A stretch of 64,000 nt of DNA, taken from IMG/VR virus record IMGVR_UViG_3300030673_000004, positions 1 through 64,000 of that record; one strand, 5' to 3'. Positions 38,332-48,940 of the stretch are shown here, piece after piece (within the stretch, counting starts at the first letter, position 1; every line of letters starts with the position of its first letter). A program made the translations under genes and the position numbers. Below the pieces are notes generated by a model. That model searched no databases. It had not been told where the DNA came from and worked only from the letters and a program-made list of their open reading frames with translations.

Positions 38332-38952
38332 TCAGAACTGATCAACAATACGCTCAATGTTCGGATCTTCCGGTTCACTCTCTGCTACCGCAGGAACGAC
38401 TACAGGAGCATCCTCACCAATGGGACTCAGAAGACCATTGTCAGGAACCTGAACTTCAACAGAAGGCTCATCAGCAACAAGAGCAGACAGAGCAACAGTC
38501 GTCAAAGCAACAGCCTCAGCACGGTACTTGACGAGATCTTCCTCCGTCCAAGTAATAGGCCGAGAGCGCACACCAGCATCAATGTCAGCGACAATCTGCG
38601 CACGATGTGCAGCCCAGCGAGCAGAGCGACCATCCTTATGCGGTTCCTTAGCAGAAGCAGCAGCAGCAGCAGCAACTCCTGCGTGAGAGCGACGAGTACG
38701 CTTGACAGTAGGGGTCGCCAAAGGGGCAGGTGTCTCATCGGGCGGAACGCTCGCGTACACGGTAGGCGGAGTAGGCAAAACAGGATGTTCAACAAAGAAT
38801 TCCGTCACGGGAACCATGTTCTGTGGGACTTCTTCGCCCGCCTCACGAACACGCAGCAGTTCTGCCTGGATCATATTGCTGATCGACAGCACCGTAGCGA
38901 CGGCAGTATTGAGCTTGATGCTCAGCTTTTCAAGTTCGTTCGTAGCAACCAT
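38332..38952 (-). CDS. hypothetical early protein, Pro/Ala-rich
   Basis: AGGAGG SD; promoter TTGACA-17-TATTAT at 39007-39035. Confidence 0.65.
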   Translation of the reverse strand: MVATNELEKLSIKLNTAVATVLSISNMIQAELLRVREAGEEVPQNMVPVTEFFVEHPVLPTPPTVYASVPPDETPAPLATPTVKRTRRSHAGVAAAAAASAKEPHKDGRSARWAAHRAQIVADIDAGVRSRPITWTEEDLVKYRAEAVALTTVALSALVADEPSVEVQVPDNGLLSPIGEDAPVVVPAVAESEPEDPNIERIVDQF

Positions 38953-39045
38953 GATATATCCTCCTAAGTGATGTGATTTTAGTAGTGAAGTTAACCGGAC
39001 AAACAAATAATACACTTAAATTGTGTGGATGTCAAGTACATATAC

Positions 39046-42000
39046 TTAAAAGCCTTCAGCTACCTCGTCAAACGAAGGATCAGATTCATCTAAACCAACA
39101 CAGGACGACCACCCATGAGACAAGTGCTTTTCCTTGAACTCGGCGCAACCGCAGGGTACTTCCTCTGTCGTACCATCTGCATTTGTAGTCTTCTTCTTTT
39201 TAGTGCAAATCGTTGGATGCTCCGACCATTGATAGGCAGTACCACAGTGCTTACAGACCCACTGCTTTCCTTGACTTACATCCATATCAATGTCTAAGGG
39301 CACGGACATCTTATGCCCGAACAATTCTTCAATAACCTGAGGCGTCTTAGTAACAAAAATATAGCGAGTTAGTCTAGCAATATACCTAAGATCCTCTGCC
39401 GTATTTGGGCACTCTATAAGGACAGAGTCATGCACAGCATTCACTAACTTGTACACCTCATGTACACCCTGATTATACAGCTCTTCAAACAGAAGAGATG
39501 TAGCAAGAGAAGCATAATCACCCGTGGCGGACTGAATAGGTGTATTAACCGCCCTACGAAAATCACGCTGCATCAATGAACGATTATTAGAGTACACATT
39601 ACGAAGCCAGCGTCGTCGTCCAAAAAATGTCTCAACATAGCCATGAGCTTTAGCAAATTCCACACGATCATCAAGCCAAGCCTTACCAACAGAAAACTTA
39701 GAATAGAAACTTTGGCACAACTCCTCAGTCTCCTCTACCGTCTTACCAATTTGTGCCGCAATGCTAGGTGTACCTCTAACATACATCAAACCAAACGTAA
39801 TTGATTTTGTTGCTGTTCGGAGTGTCTTCTCAACCTTCTGACCTTCAGGTACCCCAAACATCAAACGAGCATTCTGCACATGAATGTCCGACATAGCATC
39901 AGACTTAGCTTTTATCTCAGGCTGCGGATCCTTAAGAAAAGCACATTTCATTGCATAAGCGTCAATAAAATTCTGCACAAGACCAGGATCTCGTGACATT
40001 TCGGCCCACATACGAACTTCAGCGGCACAGAAGTCTGCCTGAAAAATGACTTTTCCTGGAGGTGCTATAAAGATATTCTTAATAGCCTTTTTTTCAATAC
40101 CATCACCACGGGGAACCTGCTGCATATTTGGATCTACACAATTATGGACGCACAACTCACCGGCAAAAAAGTTATGGTGATCCTCTACAGTGATGTCATA
40201 AACAGGTACAGAAACATTTAAGCGTTCAACACGAATAATCTTATGATTATTAGGTACAGTATTTTTTAGTATAGCAGTATGGTAACTGATATGCTCATGG
40301 GCTGTGAGCATAGAAAGGTTACTAGGATTGTTATTATAGTGATCCCAATCCTTATGGTGGATATGATAACCCTTAGGAATTTTTACCTTATTAGCATGCT
40401 CAAACACAAAACGATGATCGGCGTACTCCTCATGAACTCCAGTAAACAGTAAAGAACCTTTACGAATACGCTGAAGAGCATAAACACTAGTACCCACAGC
40501 TAAAGCACTTGCAGGCACCCACCCCTGATCTACGGTCTTTACTAAATGATCATCAGTAAGATCTAAATAACCATAATTTACACTTTTACCGGTGTGTCCA
40601 GATTTCCAGTGCAGTCGAATGATCTCACGAACACCTGTTTGCCAGGCTTTTGTAACACGTGAAAGTGTAGGTTTATTGTCAGATGTCAAGCAGTAAGCAA
40701 TATCACCAACTTGCACCTGTTCAATAGGTATACCCTTAGGATTTAAGTTGAGATTTCGGACAATCTCAACCAAAGTACCTTTAGCAATACAACTCAAACG
40801 ACCAGTCTGGGTACCGTGTAAAAGAAACTTTCCATGAATACGCCCATCTACATAATCTGTCTTACCTGGATTTGTAAAACTAGCATTAAATTTGCGGATG
40901 TACGACGAATCCAGCTTTTGCAGACCTTGATACTCAGAAAACAAAGCTACAACAGGATTTCCGATGTTCTCTTCCTGAAAATCAGAATCGGCAGAATAAT
41001 TACCCTCATCATTAGCGGGATACTTAAAACCATTATCACTTGTGAAAAACAGAGCCGTCTTGTGAGTGTGAGAATTTAGATCAAGCACCCAGGGCATAGT
41101 AAACGTTGTCTGCACACCAACACTATTAGTCAATAGCTCCCTATTAACCGCCTGACATACAGGATCCTTCTTAAGCTCAGTAGAGATATCACGCACTCTC
41201 TTCAGAATAGGAGAAGCAGGTGATCCCAACTGGATAAGATGTCGCAAATCAGCCATCATACCAAAATGAGTCATAGCACTATAGCATTTGGTTTTACGAC
41301 TATCAGATACAAGCAACATAGTCATGAACTCGTTTTCAATGCCTAGATTACGTGCTTGTGCAATTAAAGCATGCAATCCGCGCAATGTAGCATACGGATC
41401 CATACCGGAGTAAGAGACAAATTTCGGTAAAGGTAACCCTAGAAGAGTGCCATCTTTACGGGCATCCAACATCTCCTGATCATAGTGGTGAAACCCAAGA
41501 AACTCTACTACAAGCTGTTTTAGACCATTCGGTGCCTGACCACGCATGGTATAAACACGGTCTTTTCTAGCCGAATCCAAAAAATGCATACCAAGCATTG
41601 TATCAACAACAGGACGACGAGGCATAACATGATACTTACAATAGAACTGAGCATTATCAAACTGTGCATTATGTAGAGTCCAATAGGAAATCTTAGAAGA
41701 ACCATCATCTAATAAATCATGCACCATCTGATCAATCTGGGCATTCTCATCTATTGAGAAAGGATTATCATCATGCTGTCTTAATAAGACATAGCCATGA
41801 TTCGGATCATGCGCAAACTGGATAGAAGCTAATTGTGTATTATGGGCATAGTTCAAATTACCTGTTTCAGTATCAAGACCAACAGGACCAGCGTGCTCAT
41901 ATCTAAGAAAATCTAAGTACTCTTTAACAAGCTTAAATGTATCTAAATTTATCTCCTCACCCTTAAGATGATAAGGATTGTTTATAAGAAACCTTACCTT

Positions 42001-42447
42001 AGTAAGATTTTCACCAAGAAACAAAAAATCCTCCACACGTGCATAGATAGCACGATATGTAGGAAAGCAATGAACAGGAACGGAACCCATACCATAGTCA
42101 AATGTATGTATTGACCACTGGATTTCATAGTTCTCCCATTTACCTATCGAGGGTACCAAGAATTTTGACATCCATGGACCTAAAGCAACAAGAGATCGTG
42201 GTTTATACTTACGAAAAGCCTCTAATAAGGCAGCACCGTTTGCACGAGCAACAGCCATAAGGTCGTCAACTTCACCAACCTGATCAGCAAGTGTAATAAT
42301 TACAAAGCTATCCAAGTAATGAGATAGATCATTTATGAACTTGATACCAACAGGATCGTTAAGATTCGCGACTTTTTCTTGGGGCTGTATTAAGATAGCC
42401 TGTACTCTGCCGTCCAATGCTTGTCCAAGTTTTTCGTACACTAACAT
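39046..42447 (-). CDS. polA: family A DNA polymerase with 3'-5' exonuclease and intein
   Basis: LDTET, HNAQFD, YSGMD (exo); TGRLS, ADFCAAEVR, RTATKSITFGLMY, NTPIQS, VHDS. Confidence 0.93.
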   Translation of the reverse strand: MLVYEKLGQALDGRVQAILIQPQEKVANLNDPVGIKFINDLSHYLDSFVIITLADQVGEVDDLMAVARANGAALLEAFRKYKPRSLVALGPWMSKFLVPSIGKWENYEIQWSIHTFDYGMGSVPVHCFPTYRAIYARVEDFLFLGENLTKVRFLINNPYHLKGEEINLDTFKLVKEYLDFLRYEHAGPVGLDTETGNLNYAHNTQLASIQFAHDPNHGYVLLRQHDDNPFSIDENAQIDQMVHDLLDDGSSKISYWTLHNAQFDNAQFYCKYHVMPRRPVVDTMLGMHFLDSARKDRVYTMRGQAPNGLKQLVVEFLGFHHYDQEMLDARKDGTLLGLPLPKFVSYSGMDPYATLRGLHALIAQARNLGIENEFMTMLLVSDSRKTKCYSAMTHFGMMADLRHLIQLGSPASPILKRVRDISTELKKDPVCQAVNRELLTNSVGVQTTFTMPWVLDLNSHTHKTALFFTSDNGFKYPANDEGNYSADSDFQEENIGNPVVALFSEYQGLQKLDSSYIRKFNASFTNPGKTDYVDGRIHGKFLLHGTQTGRLSCIAKGTLVEIVRNLNLNPKGIPIEQVQVGDIAYCLTSDNKPTLSRVTKAWQTGVREIIRLHWKSGHTGKSVNYGYLDLTDDHLVKTVDQGWVPASALAVGTSVYALQRIRKGSLLFTGVHEEYADHRFVFEHANKVKIPKGYHIHHKDWDHYNNNPSNLSMLTAHEHISYHTAILKNTVPNNHKIIRVERLNVSVPVYDITVEDHHNFFAGELCVHNCVDPNMQQVPRGDGIEKKAIKNIFIAPPGKVIFQADFCAAEVRMWAEMSRDPGLVQNFIDAYAMKCAFLKDPQPEIKAKSDAMSDIHVQNARLMFGVPEGQKVEKTLRTATKSITFGLMYVRGTPSIAAQIGKTVEETEELCQSFYSKFSVGKAWLDDRVEFAKAHGYVETFFGRRRWLRNVYSNNRSLMQRDFRRAVNTPIQSATGDYASLATSLLFEELYNQGVHEVYKLVNAVHDSVLIECPNTAEDLRYIARLTRYIFVTKTPQVIEELFGHKMSVPLDIDMDVSQGKQWVCKHCGTAYQWSEHPTICTKKKKTTNADGTTEEVPCGCAEFKEKHLSHGWSSCVGLDESDPSFDEVAEGF
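40141..40791 (-). mobile_element. 217-aa intein with HNH endonuclease in PolA
   Basis: GRLS|CIAKGT ... VYDITVEDHHNFFAGELCVHN|C; HIHHKDWDHYNNNPSNL. Confidence 0.9.
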
Positions 42448-43192
42448 TTGAAGAAACCTCAGGTTGTTCTACCGCAGGCGAAAATTCAGGAGGCTTATTT
42501 ACAGCAGCCTCCTGAATTTGAACCAACTGGGTAGTCATTAATTTTGCATGCGGCACCATATCTGCCTTATGGACCGTAGATGGAGACTGAATAAGAGGCG
42601 CTCCAATTACGTCTCCCATCAATTTTACATAGTCGCGTAGAACACTTGTTAGTGTTCCAGCCATATCCTTGGCCATAACAAACACTTGAGATATTGGCAA
42701 CTTATAGGAATGCAAGCGCAAGGCAGGACGCAAAATCTCAAGGGAAGGAAAGCCTGAAAATGTATCAAAAACAGCGTCGGAGGGGACTAAAACACCAGCA
42801 TATTCAGGCCCAGAAGCCAACACAACAGGAGCTAACCAACGAGGAACTAGATACCAAAGTTCTTGTGGAGCTGTTGTCATCTTACCCATAATCCTAAGCA
42901 ACAATGTCTTACGATGTGGCTTTTCTGCATCATGCAAAAAATCAGACTTTGATACCTTGATCTCAATCTCAATCAAACGACGGCTAGAATCCAAGCCTAA
43001 AACATCTGGAAGCTCTTTCGTATTCCAAGGAGATCGTTCAAAACAGACTAACGTGCAATTTCGTGTGTATCTTAACCAGGAAGCGGCTAAGGCACGATAT
43101 GCACGAGCATCCTCAGGAACAAGAGAGTGACCCTTACCACGACGTGGCGCTGATGATCTACGAGCCCCTGACGAAACCGATCTACTAGACAT
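42359..43192 (-). CDS. PD-(D/E)xK nuclease, MmcB-like
   Basis: PDVLGL...IEIEIKVSKSDFLHD, WYLVP, YAGVL. Confidence 0.7.
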   Translation of the reverse strand: MSSRSVSSGARRSSAPRRGKGHSLVPEDARAYRALAASWLRYTRNCTLVCFERSPWNTKELPDVLGLDSSRRLIEIEIKVSKSDFLHDAEKPHRKTLLLRIMGKMTTAPQELWYLVPRWLAPVVLASGPEYAGVLVPSDAVFDTFSGFPSLEILRPALRLHSYKLPISQVFVMAKDMAGTLTSVLRDYVKLMGDVIGAPLIQSPSTVHKADMVPHAKLMTTQLVQIQEAAVNKPPEFSPAVEQPEVSSNVSVRKTWTSIGRQSTGYLNTAPRKSRES

Positions 43193-44262
43193 CAGGTTAA
43201 TCCTAATTTATCAATAATAGCAACAACCATATCGACACCTTCACGCTGCTCCTCTTCTGAATGGCCTAGTTCAGCTAGATAGGAGGGTAATTGTGTAACT
43301 GCTTCAGCCTTACACTCAGATGAGACAATATCGGTTACAGCAGAAGACACATCTATTGCCTTATAGTTAGGATCAACTATAATGTTTGTAGGCAACATAG
43401 CAGCATTTTCAAGCTTCTCAGAACCAACGTAAACAACAATATCCGGAGAATGTGTTTCTGCTGCTGATACAACATCGTTAGCATCAGATGTAACCTTAAA
43501 TTTAGGAGCCTTATCTAAGGCTATCACCTTAGGCGACGAGCCAGACCACAAGAGAATACCCGTGTCTAAAGGCTCATCCCGCTTTACCTGAACAGTAGAG
43601 CCACAGTACCATGTCTTTGATCCAAAAGACTGTCGCACATGGATATCACCCAGCAGGTAACCATCAATGTCAGGATCCTCCTCAATAACCAAAGCCTTTG
43701 ATATACGTACAGCAGCACCACGCGGATCATGCGCAGATGAAATAGCTTCATGAATAACGACATAGCGCAAACCCTGCTTAGGACCAGCTTTCTCACGAAG
43801 TAAGGCAACGGTACGAATCACATCGGCAGTATCCCTCTTTTGTGTGCAGGGCAAGCAAAAGAACTGCACAGTACCAGATGCCCTAGTTTCTATTGAAACA
43901 ACATCCGGATCACCAGCAACAACAAAATAACGAGGTATAACAGAAGCCCAGTGAGCTTGAGAATGAATCATGGTCAAACCTGTCTCATCAACAAACTCAT
44001 GATTTCCCAAGCTCTGAACAACAAAAACACCGGCAGCTAAGATAGTTGATAAAAACCACGTACCTAACAAGCGCTCTTGCTCAGTTATATCAACCCTATC
44101 CCAAAAGTCCCCACCGATGACAAGTATTTTGTCATCGGCAGGGTTAGTTGTAACAGCCTCCAAGATATCTTCCAGCATCAACCGAGTACGCTGCAAATAA
44201 TTAGGAACCCAACGATAAGCACCGATATGGTAGTCAGCCGAGTGGAAAATACCTAAAGACAT
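43192..44262 (-). CDS. sbcD: SbcD/Mre11 (gp47-like) nuclease
   Basis: ADYH, GGDFWD, GNHE, LGDIH, YCGS. Confidence 0.85.
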   Translation of the reverse strand: MSLGIFHSADYHIGAYRWVPNYLQRTRLMLEDILEAVTTNPADDKILVIGGDFWDRVDITEQERLLGTWFLSTILAAGVFVVQSLGNHEFVDETGLTMIHSQAHWASVIPRYFVVAGDPDVVSIETRASGTVQFFCLPCTQKRDTADVIRTVALLREKAGPKQGLRYVVIHEAISSAHDPRGAAVRISKALVIEEDPDIDGYLLGDIHVRQSFGSKTWYCGSTVQVKRDEPLDTGILLWSGSSPKVIALDKAPKFKVTSDANDVVSAAETHSPDIVVYVGSEKLENAAMLPTNIIVDPNYKAIDVSSAVTDIVSSECKAEAVTQLPSYLAELGHSEEEQREGVDMVVAIIDKLGLT

Positions 44263-44265
44263 AGA

Positions 44266-46887
44266 TTACCCGGCCTCAACAATGTTAGAGTCATCAAGCA
44301 CAGGCTCAGGAAGTCGTCCCTCCGCACGATCAATCATCTCCTGCTCAATCTCAAAAGCAAACCCGGAACGTATCTGGCGAAGACAATGCTTCCAAAGCCC
44401 CTGCTTATTTTCCGGCGCTTCAATGATGTTCTTCAACGTCATATAAGGCATTGCGGAATCAACAAAATTAGTACCAAAAATAGAAGGCTTTGGGGCATCG
44501 GGAGCGACACCACGAACTTCCAACTTGTACTTTCCGTTGGATGCCTTAAGCAACTGACCTGTGGCATCCAAGTACTGAAGCACATCATATGTCTGATCAA
44601 TACCATCGCCAGGATGTCCTTCATGCTCCATACGGATACGAATAGCCCCCTCACGATAGGGTGTATACATCTTATTCTTAGTATTTTTCAACTTTGAATA
44701 TGTGTACTTATCTGTACCACCGTTAATAGAAGGCTCTTCATTGTAAGTAGCACCACCTTCAGTACGCTTAGCACCAGCAGTACTCGGAGATACCCTACGA
44801 ACCTGAAAACGAGCATCTGTGTAAAACTTAAGAGCCTCACCTCCGGGCTCAACTTCCGGACTGTTATGCACAATAAAACCATTACATGGATTACCTGCCA
44901 TGTAATTGTGATTATCTTCCACAGTAATGTCGTACTTGGTCCGCAACCTAAACATCCGAGCAGACCCACGAGTAATAGAAAGAACAGGAACATCTACATG
45001 AGTATATTCCGGTGTAGACGATAATACGTAATCATGAAATCTTCCTTGATATGCGGCTGGTAGTTTATACCACATACACGCAGGAACATAGGAAACAATC
45101 AAATCAAAAAATTTATACACAGCAGCAGCGGTAATAACAAAAGAACCCCCATGGCGAACAACGTGCTCAATCCCGTAACGAGCAAAAACAGAAGAGAGAG
45201 CAGCCAACTCATCGGGACAATTACGAAAACGCTTAGCCGAAATTGTTATTCTGTACGACCCGGACGAACGAAGAGCCAAATTACCGTCATCCATGTACCA
45301 AACAGCTAAACTAAGTGCGGTCATACGAGAAGCAACATGAAGAGCACTACGAGTGTGCCCAGATTGTTTTGATGCTTTTACCCAGCACCCAAGCTCGTAA
45401 GTAGAGTTTGATACGTAACTAACACGACCACAACTATCAATACGCCTGAAAGAGAAATAAGGTGACAGCAAAGACATTTTCCACTGCAGATACTTATCAT
45501 TCTCAGAATCAGCCAAGCGAAAGAAGCCGTTACTGGACCGAGCATCCTGCTGCAAAGCAATATCACCAACGGACATACCAGCAAACAACTCTAACAAAGT
45601 ACCATTAAACTGAGACAGATACTGTGTCCTAACAAGATCACCAACCTTGATATCTTCGGCAGGCACCCACGTACCATTCGCAAATATCTCATGATTTGGT
45701 GTAACGGTAACACCAGCAACGCCGTTTGGTGTATCAATTGCGGCTGTCTTAATACTCACCCAATCGTCTGGAGAATTAACAACACCATTATTGTGCCAAC
45801 TTACAATGCTTTTAGGCTCTAAAGTACCAGTAGTTTCGTTTAGAGACCACACCTGACCGGTAATACGCTGTTCTACAATCTCACGCATGGTAAAAGATCG
45901 GCCATCTACAAAGGGAATCTTAACATCAGAATGAAGACAACCCATCGCCATAGGCTTCATGCGGATCTGATTATTACCCAAAAGAGTACACCGGCGACTA
46001 GTAAGTGCCGCTTTAACCTTCTTCAGGTTATCCGAGAACATTCGTGCTTGAATACCAATAGCACCACTCTTATCACCCTTTTCCTGCAAACTTTCTTGTA
46101 CAAGTTCAGGTAGCATTGCAGGAAAAGAATCAATCAAGAACAGATACTGAGGAGCACCAGCCGCAGCCGATTCTGCCCACTGGCCTTCAGGAACACGCTC
46201 CCACCACTGCCCATTAGGGTCCTGCTTGATCTCAGGCAGAGCTAGCAGAATACCAGCTATTGCATTGAATATATCTTCCCCAATATGGTGATTAGTGTAT
46301 CTAACCATAGGAAGAATGTCCCAATGCTTGCCATCTTTGGAACGTCGTCCTTGGATATCAAGTAGAGACATATCAAAACGATTGAAAATACGCTCTGCAT
46401 AAGTTGGATCTCGGGCAGACTCCGGGTCAAACCAATAAACAGGGATGTTTGAATTAACAAACCAAGGAACAAGGGTGTTAAACAGTGTGGATTTTCCAGA
46501 CTGCTCAGGTCCAGCATTACTAATGAATTTACCAATAGGTAGACCACCACCCATAGCAAAGTCATAACTCAAGCACCCCGTAGGAACACTATCTTCAATG
46601 TATCCACCAATATTATGCTGCTGCGCAAAAAAGTCCAACCGCTTCTCAATAGCGTCAACATTATCCTGCAGTTCGTGAAACTGCTTAGTCATCATAATTG
46701 ATGGCAATAAAATACGACCAGATTTAACAGAAGCAGGAATACCAGGAGCTTCAATTTCACCCTCAGTAGCTACGGGGATTTCGGTAATATCAATAGATGG
46801 ATCAGCATCTAGCCAAGCAAGAGCTGGACGAACTAACTGTTCACTAGGAACAATAGTATCTTGTTTTGGTGTAGCTTTACGCGGCAT
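44266..46887 (-). CDS. recA: RecA/UvsX recombinase with intein
   Basis: GPEQSGKST, LIDS, QARMFS, NQIR, GGEALKFY, KNK. Confidence 0.9.
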   Translation of the reverse strand: MPRKATPKQDTIVPSEQLVRPALAWLDADPSIDITEIPVATEGEIEAPGIPASVKSGRILLPSIMMTKQFHELQDNVDAIEKRLDFFAQQHNIGGYIEDSVPTGCLSYDFAMGGGLPIGKFISNAGPEQSGKSTLFNTLVPWFVNSNIPVYWFDPESARDPTYAERIFNRFDMSLLDIQGRRSKDGKHWDILPMVRYTNHHIGEDIFNAIAGILLALPEIKQDPNGQWWERVPEGQWAESAAAGAPQYLFLIDSFPAMLPELVQESLQEKGDKSGAIGIQARMFSDNLKKVKAALTSRRCTLLGNNQIRMKPMAMGCLHSDVKIPFVDGRSFTMREIVEQRITGQVWSLNETTGTLEPKSIVSWHNNGVVNSPDDWVSIKTAAIDTPNGVAGVTVTPNHEIFANGTWVPAEDIKVGDLVRTQYLSQFNGTLLELFAGMSVGDIALQQDARSSNGFFRLADSENDKYLQWKMSLLSPYFSFRRIDSCGRVSYVSNSTYELGCWVKASKQSGHTRSALHVASRMTALSLAVWYMDDGNLALRSSGSYRITISAKRFRNCPDELAALSSVFARYGIEHVVRHGGSFVITAAAVYKFFDLIVSYVPACMWYKLPAAYQGRFHDYVLSSTPEYTHVDVPVLSITRGSARMFRLRTKYDITVEDNHNYMAGNPCNGFIVHNSPEVEPGGEALKFYTDARFQVRRVSPSTAGAKRTEGGATYNEEPSINGGTDKYTYSKLKNTKNKMYTPYREGAIRIRMEHEGHPGDGIDQTYDVLQYLDATGQLLKASNGKYKLEVRGVAPDAPKPSIFGTNFVDSAMPYMTLKNIIEAPENKQGLWKHCLRQIRSGFAFEIEQEMIDRAEGRLPEPVLDDSNIVEAG
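44863..45939 (-). mobile_element. 359-aa intein with LAGLIDADG-type endonuclease in RecA
   Basis: MAMG|CLHSD ... TPNH ... GMSVGD, LAVWYMDDG ... IVHN|SPE. Confidence 0.9.
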
Positions 46888-48643
46888 TATTTTCCTCCAA
46901 GGAAAGGATTGGGAGCAAAGAAATAGGTTGCATGAAGGAGCACTTCACACATTTACACACTGTCGAAAAGTTTGCAGACAGCACAGTTAAAGCTTTTGTA
47001 TGTCCGCAAGAAGGACATAAAAAATCTACAAGAGCACCAGTTTTAATAGGCACAACTTGCCCAGAGTACAAGGCCACTCCAAATGTATCTGACTCTGAAT
47101 GAAGACACATAGTTGTCGTATCTATGTCAATTCCGGAGGAGCTACTGGGAAGAAGAGAAGCCAACTCAACGGGAAGAACATCATGAAATATCGCGGATAC
47201 TTGTGCCAACAAAGCACTAACATCCACGCAAGAATCTACCATAGTATGCAAAGACAGTAGGTCGAGCGACTTATCAAAGCACAAAGATGATTGAGATATA
47301 AGAGAGTAATAGAGATAGCCAAAAACAGATAATGATATTTGATTGTCTACATAAACAGCACCACACTTATCCAAATAGTAAAGAGCCGTAAGTATCTCAC
47401 GTGATGGCATACCATAATCAAAGAGAGCATTAAAAATAGAAGCAAAAGACACAGTAAAATGAGGACAGTATTTCACAGTTACAGGAAGAGTTGTCCATGT
47501 AGGGAGAATTCGCAAATTAACAGCCTCTTCGGCATCAGACAAAGCCCACCAATCACCAGGAGTACCATCAACGGTGGATATAGCTAACGGTATCTGCTGA
47601 TCCTGTATTGATAGAACAAGATTATTACAAATCAACTTTTCTTGTATTGATCCACAATATGCTTGCAACGTTCTACGCACAAGATAATCATAAATCTGAG
47701 TAACATATGCAGTACAGCCAGAAGGAAGTTCTTTACCTGTTACATAAACACAAGGACACACAGGACCCAAGGTTATATTACTGGGATCTACACTATACTC
47801 AGATACTAACGTTGAAACCGCCCATGTATGGACATCGCTAGGTACAATAGAATCTGTTTCGTAACATGAAAGACAGCCACACGAATATAGTATGTCTAAA
47901 GATTTGCCAACAACTAGAATAGGCAGATCAAGATCTTTAAGTATATCTGACACAACAGTCCGAGACTGTAACACAGGAGCAGGGTATACAACAGTATCAA
48001 TACAGGATGTTTGTTTAGATTCTATTAAAGCACTATCTACATAAGAAAACGAAGCTAAATCCAGGAGTTTTAAGATTCCAGGAGTATTTTTCAAATACAC
48101 GCTAAAATGTGCGGTACTATCAGTAGATACTTGCTCATACATCCGAGCAAGAACACCAAGAACGCAAAGCACAGATCTACGATACATAGGTTTAGGACAC
48201 ATGAAGTAGTAAGTACTTAGCAAAGCCTGTAGATCATGCTCTATTAAATGATCACAAGCATATAAAATAGAATTATTAGAACTTGGAGGTTCTAATAGAG
48301 GCTCAACATCTAAACCATAAACAAGGTCAGAAGGAAAAAAGAAAAAAATCTGTAAAGGAATACCAATAAGAGCTTTTTTAACACCCCAAGCAACGTCATA
48401 CCAAAAGGACACAGGTGGAAATACAACAAAAACTGTGTCATAACGAGTTGCAAGTTTACGTAACTCAGCAACATGCTTCGCCACAGCAGACAGCTTCGGA
48501 TAACCAGATGCGTTCAAAGCTATGTCGGTACGTGTTAACGTGTACAAAGGAAGAGGAACATCACGCACAGTGATGTCCTCCCCAAAAGCACACCTAAGCA
48601 CAGCACCATTACGAGGGTTGTCCGTAAGGACAAGAACACCCAT
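46877..48643 (-). CDS. degenerate type IA topoisomerase-like protein
   Basis: TOPRIM-like VAELRKLATRYDTVFV; LYSCGCLSCYETDS versus typical LYE.GLITYMRTDS; IYDYLVRRTL; C-terminal Zn ribbon. Confidence 0.55.
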   Translation of the reverse strand: MGVLVLTDNPRNGAVLRCAFGEDITVRDVPLPLYTLTRTDIALNASGYPKLSAVAKHVAELRKLATRYDTVFVVFPPVSFWYDVAWGVKKALIGIPLQIFFFFPSDLVYGLDVEPLLEPPSSNNSILYACDHLIEHDLQALLSTYYFMCPKPMYRRSVLCVLGVLARMYEQVSTDSTAHFSVYLKNTPGILKLLDLASFSYVDSALIESKQTSCIDTVVYPAPVLQSRTVVSDILKDLDLPILVVGKSLDILYSCGCLSCYETDSIVPSDVHTWAVSTLVSEYSVDPSNITLGPVCPCVYVTGKELPSGCTAYVTQIYDYLVRRTLQAYCGSIQEKLICNNLVLSIQDQQIPLAISTVDGTPGDWWALSDAEEAVNLRILPTWTTLPVTVKYCPHFTVSFASIFNALFDYGMPSREILTALYYLDKCGAVYVDNQISLSVFGYLYYSLISQSSLCFDKSLDLLSLHTMVDSCVDVSALLAQVSAIFHDVLPVELASLLPSSSSGIDIDTTTMCLHSESDTFGVALYSGQVVPIKTGALVDFLCPSCGHTKALTVLSANFSTVCKCVKCSFMQPISLLPILSLEENNAA

Positions 48644-48661
48644 AACGTACTCCTAGTTGTA

Positions 48662-48937
48662 TTAAAACTGATGCTCGATCAAAGATAGAATTGAGTCAGT
48701 ACCTACAGCAGCAGCCGTCTCTACACCATCTACATTATATAGAAGAAGAGCTGGAACACGTATACGCTGAAAGCATTCACATGTCGCTGTATTAGCAGGA
48801 ACTTCCATATAGGAAACTTCCGTATTGATCCTGATCCGATCCAATGCCTGACGAAGAGCATCCGAGGGTTTTTGACTGTACAAAAAGACTACGGAAGGGA
48901 ACATCTTCTCAGATGCCCCCTTAGCATGCACTTCCAT
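48662..48937 (-). CDS. small thioredoxin-like fold protein without CxxC
   Basis: IRVPALLLYNVDG resembles the thioredoxin cis-Pro loop. Confidence 0.35.
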   Translation of the reverse strand: MEVHAKGASEKMFPSVVFLYSQKPSDALRQALDRIRINTEVSYMEVPANTATCECFQRIRVPALLLYNVDGVETAAAVGTDSILSLIEHQF

Positions 48938-48940
48938 TAA

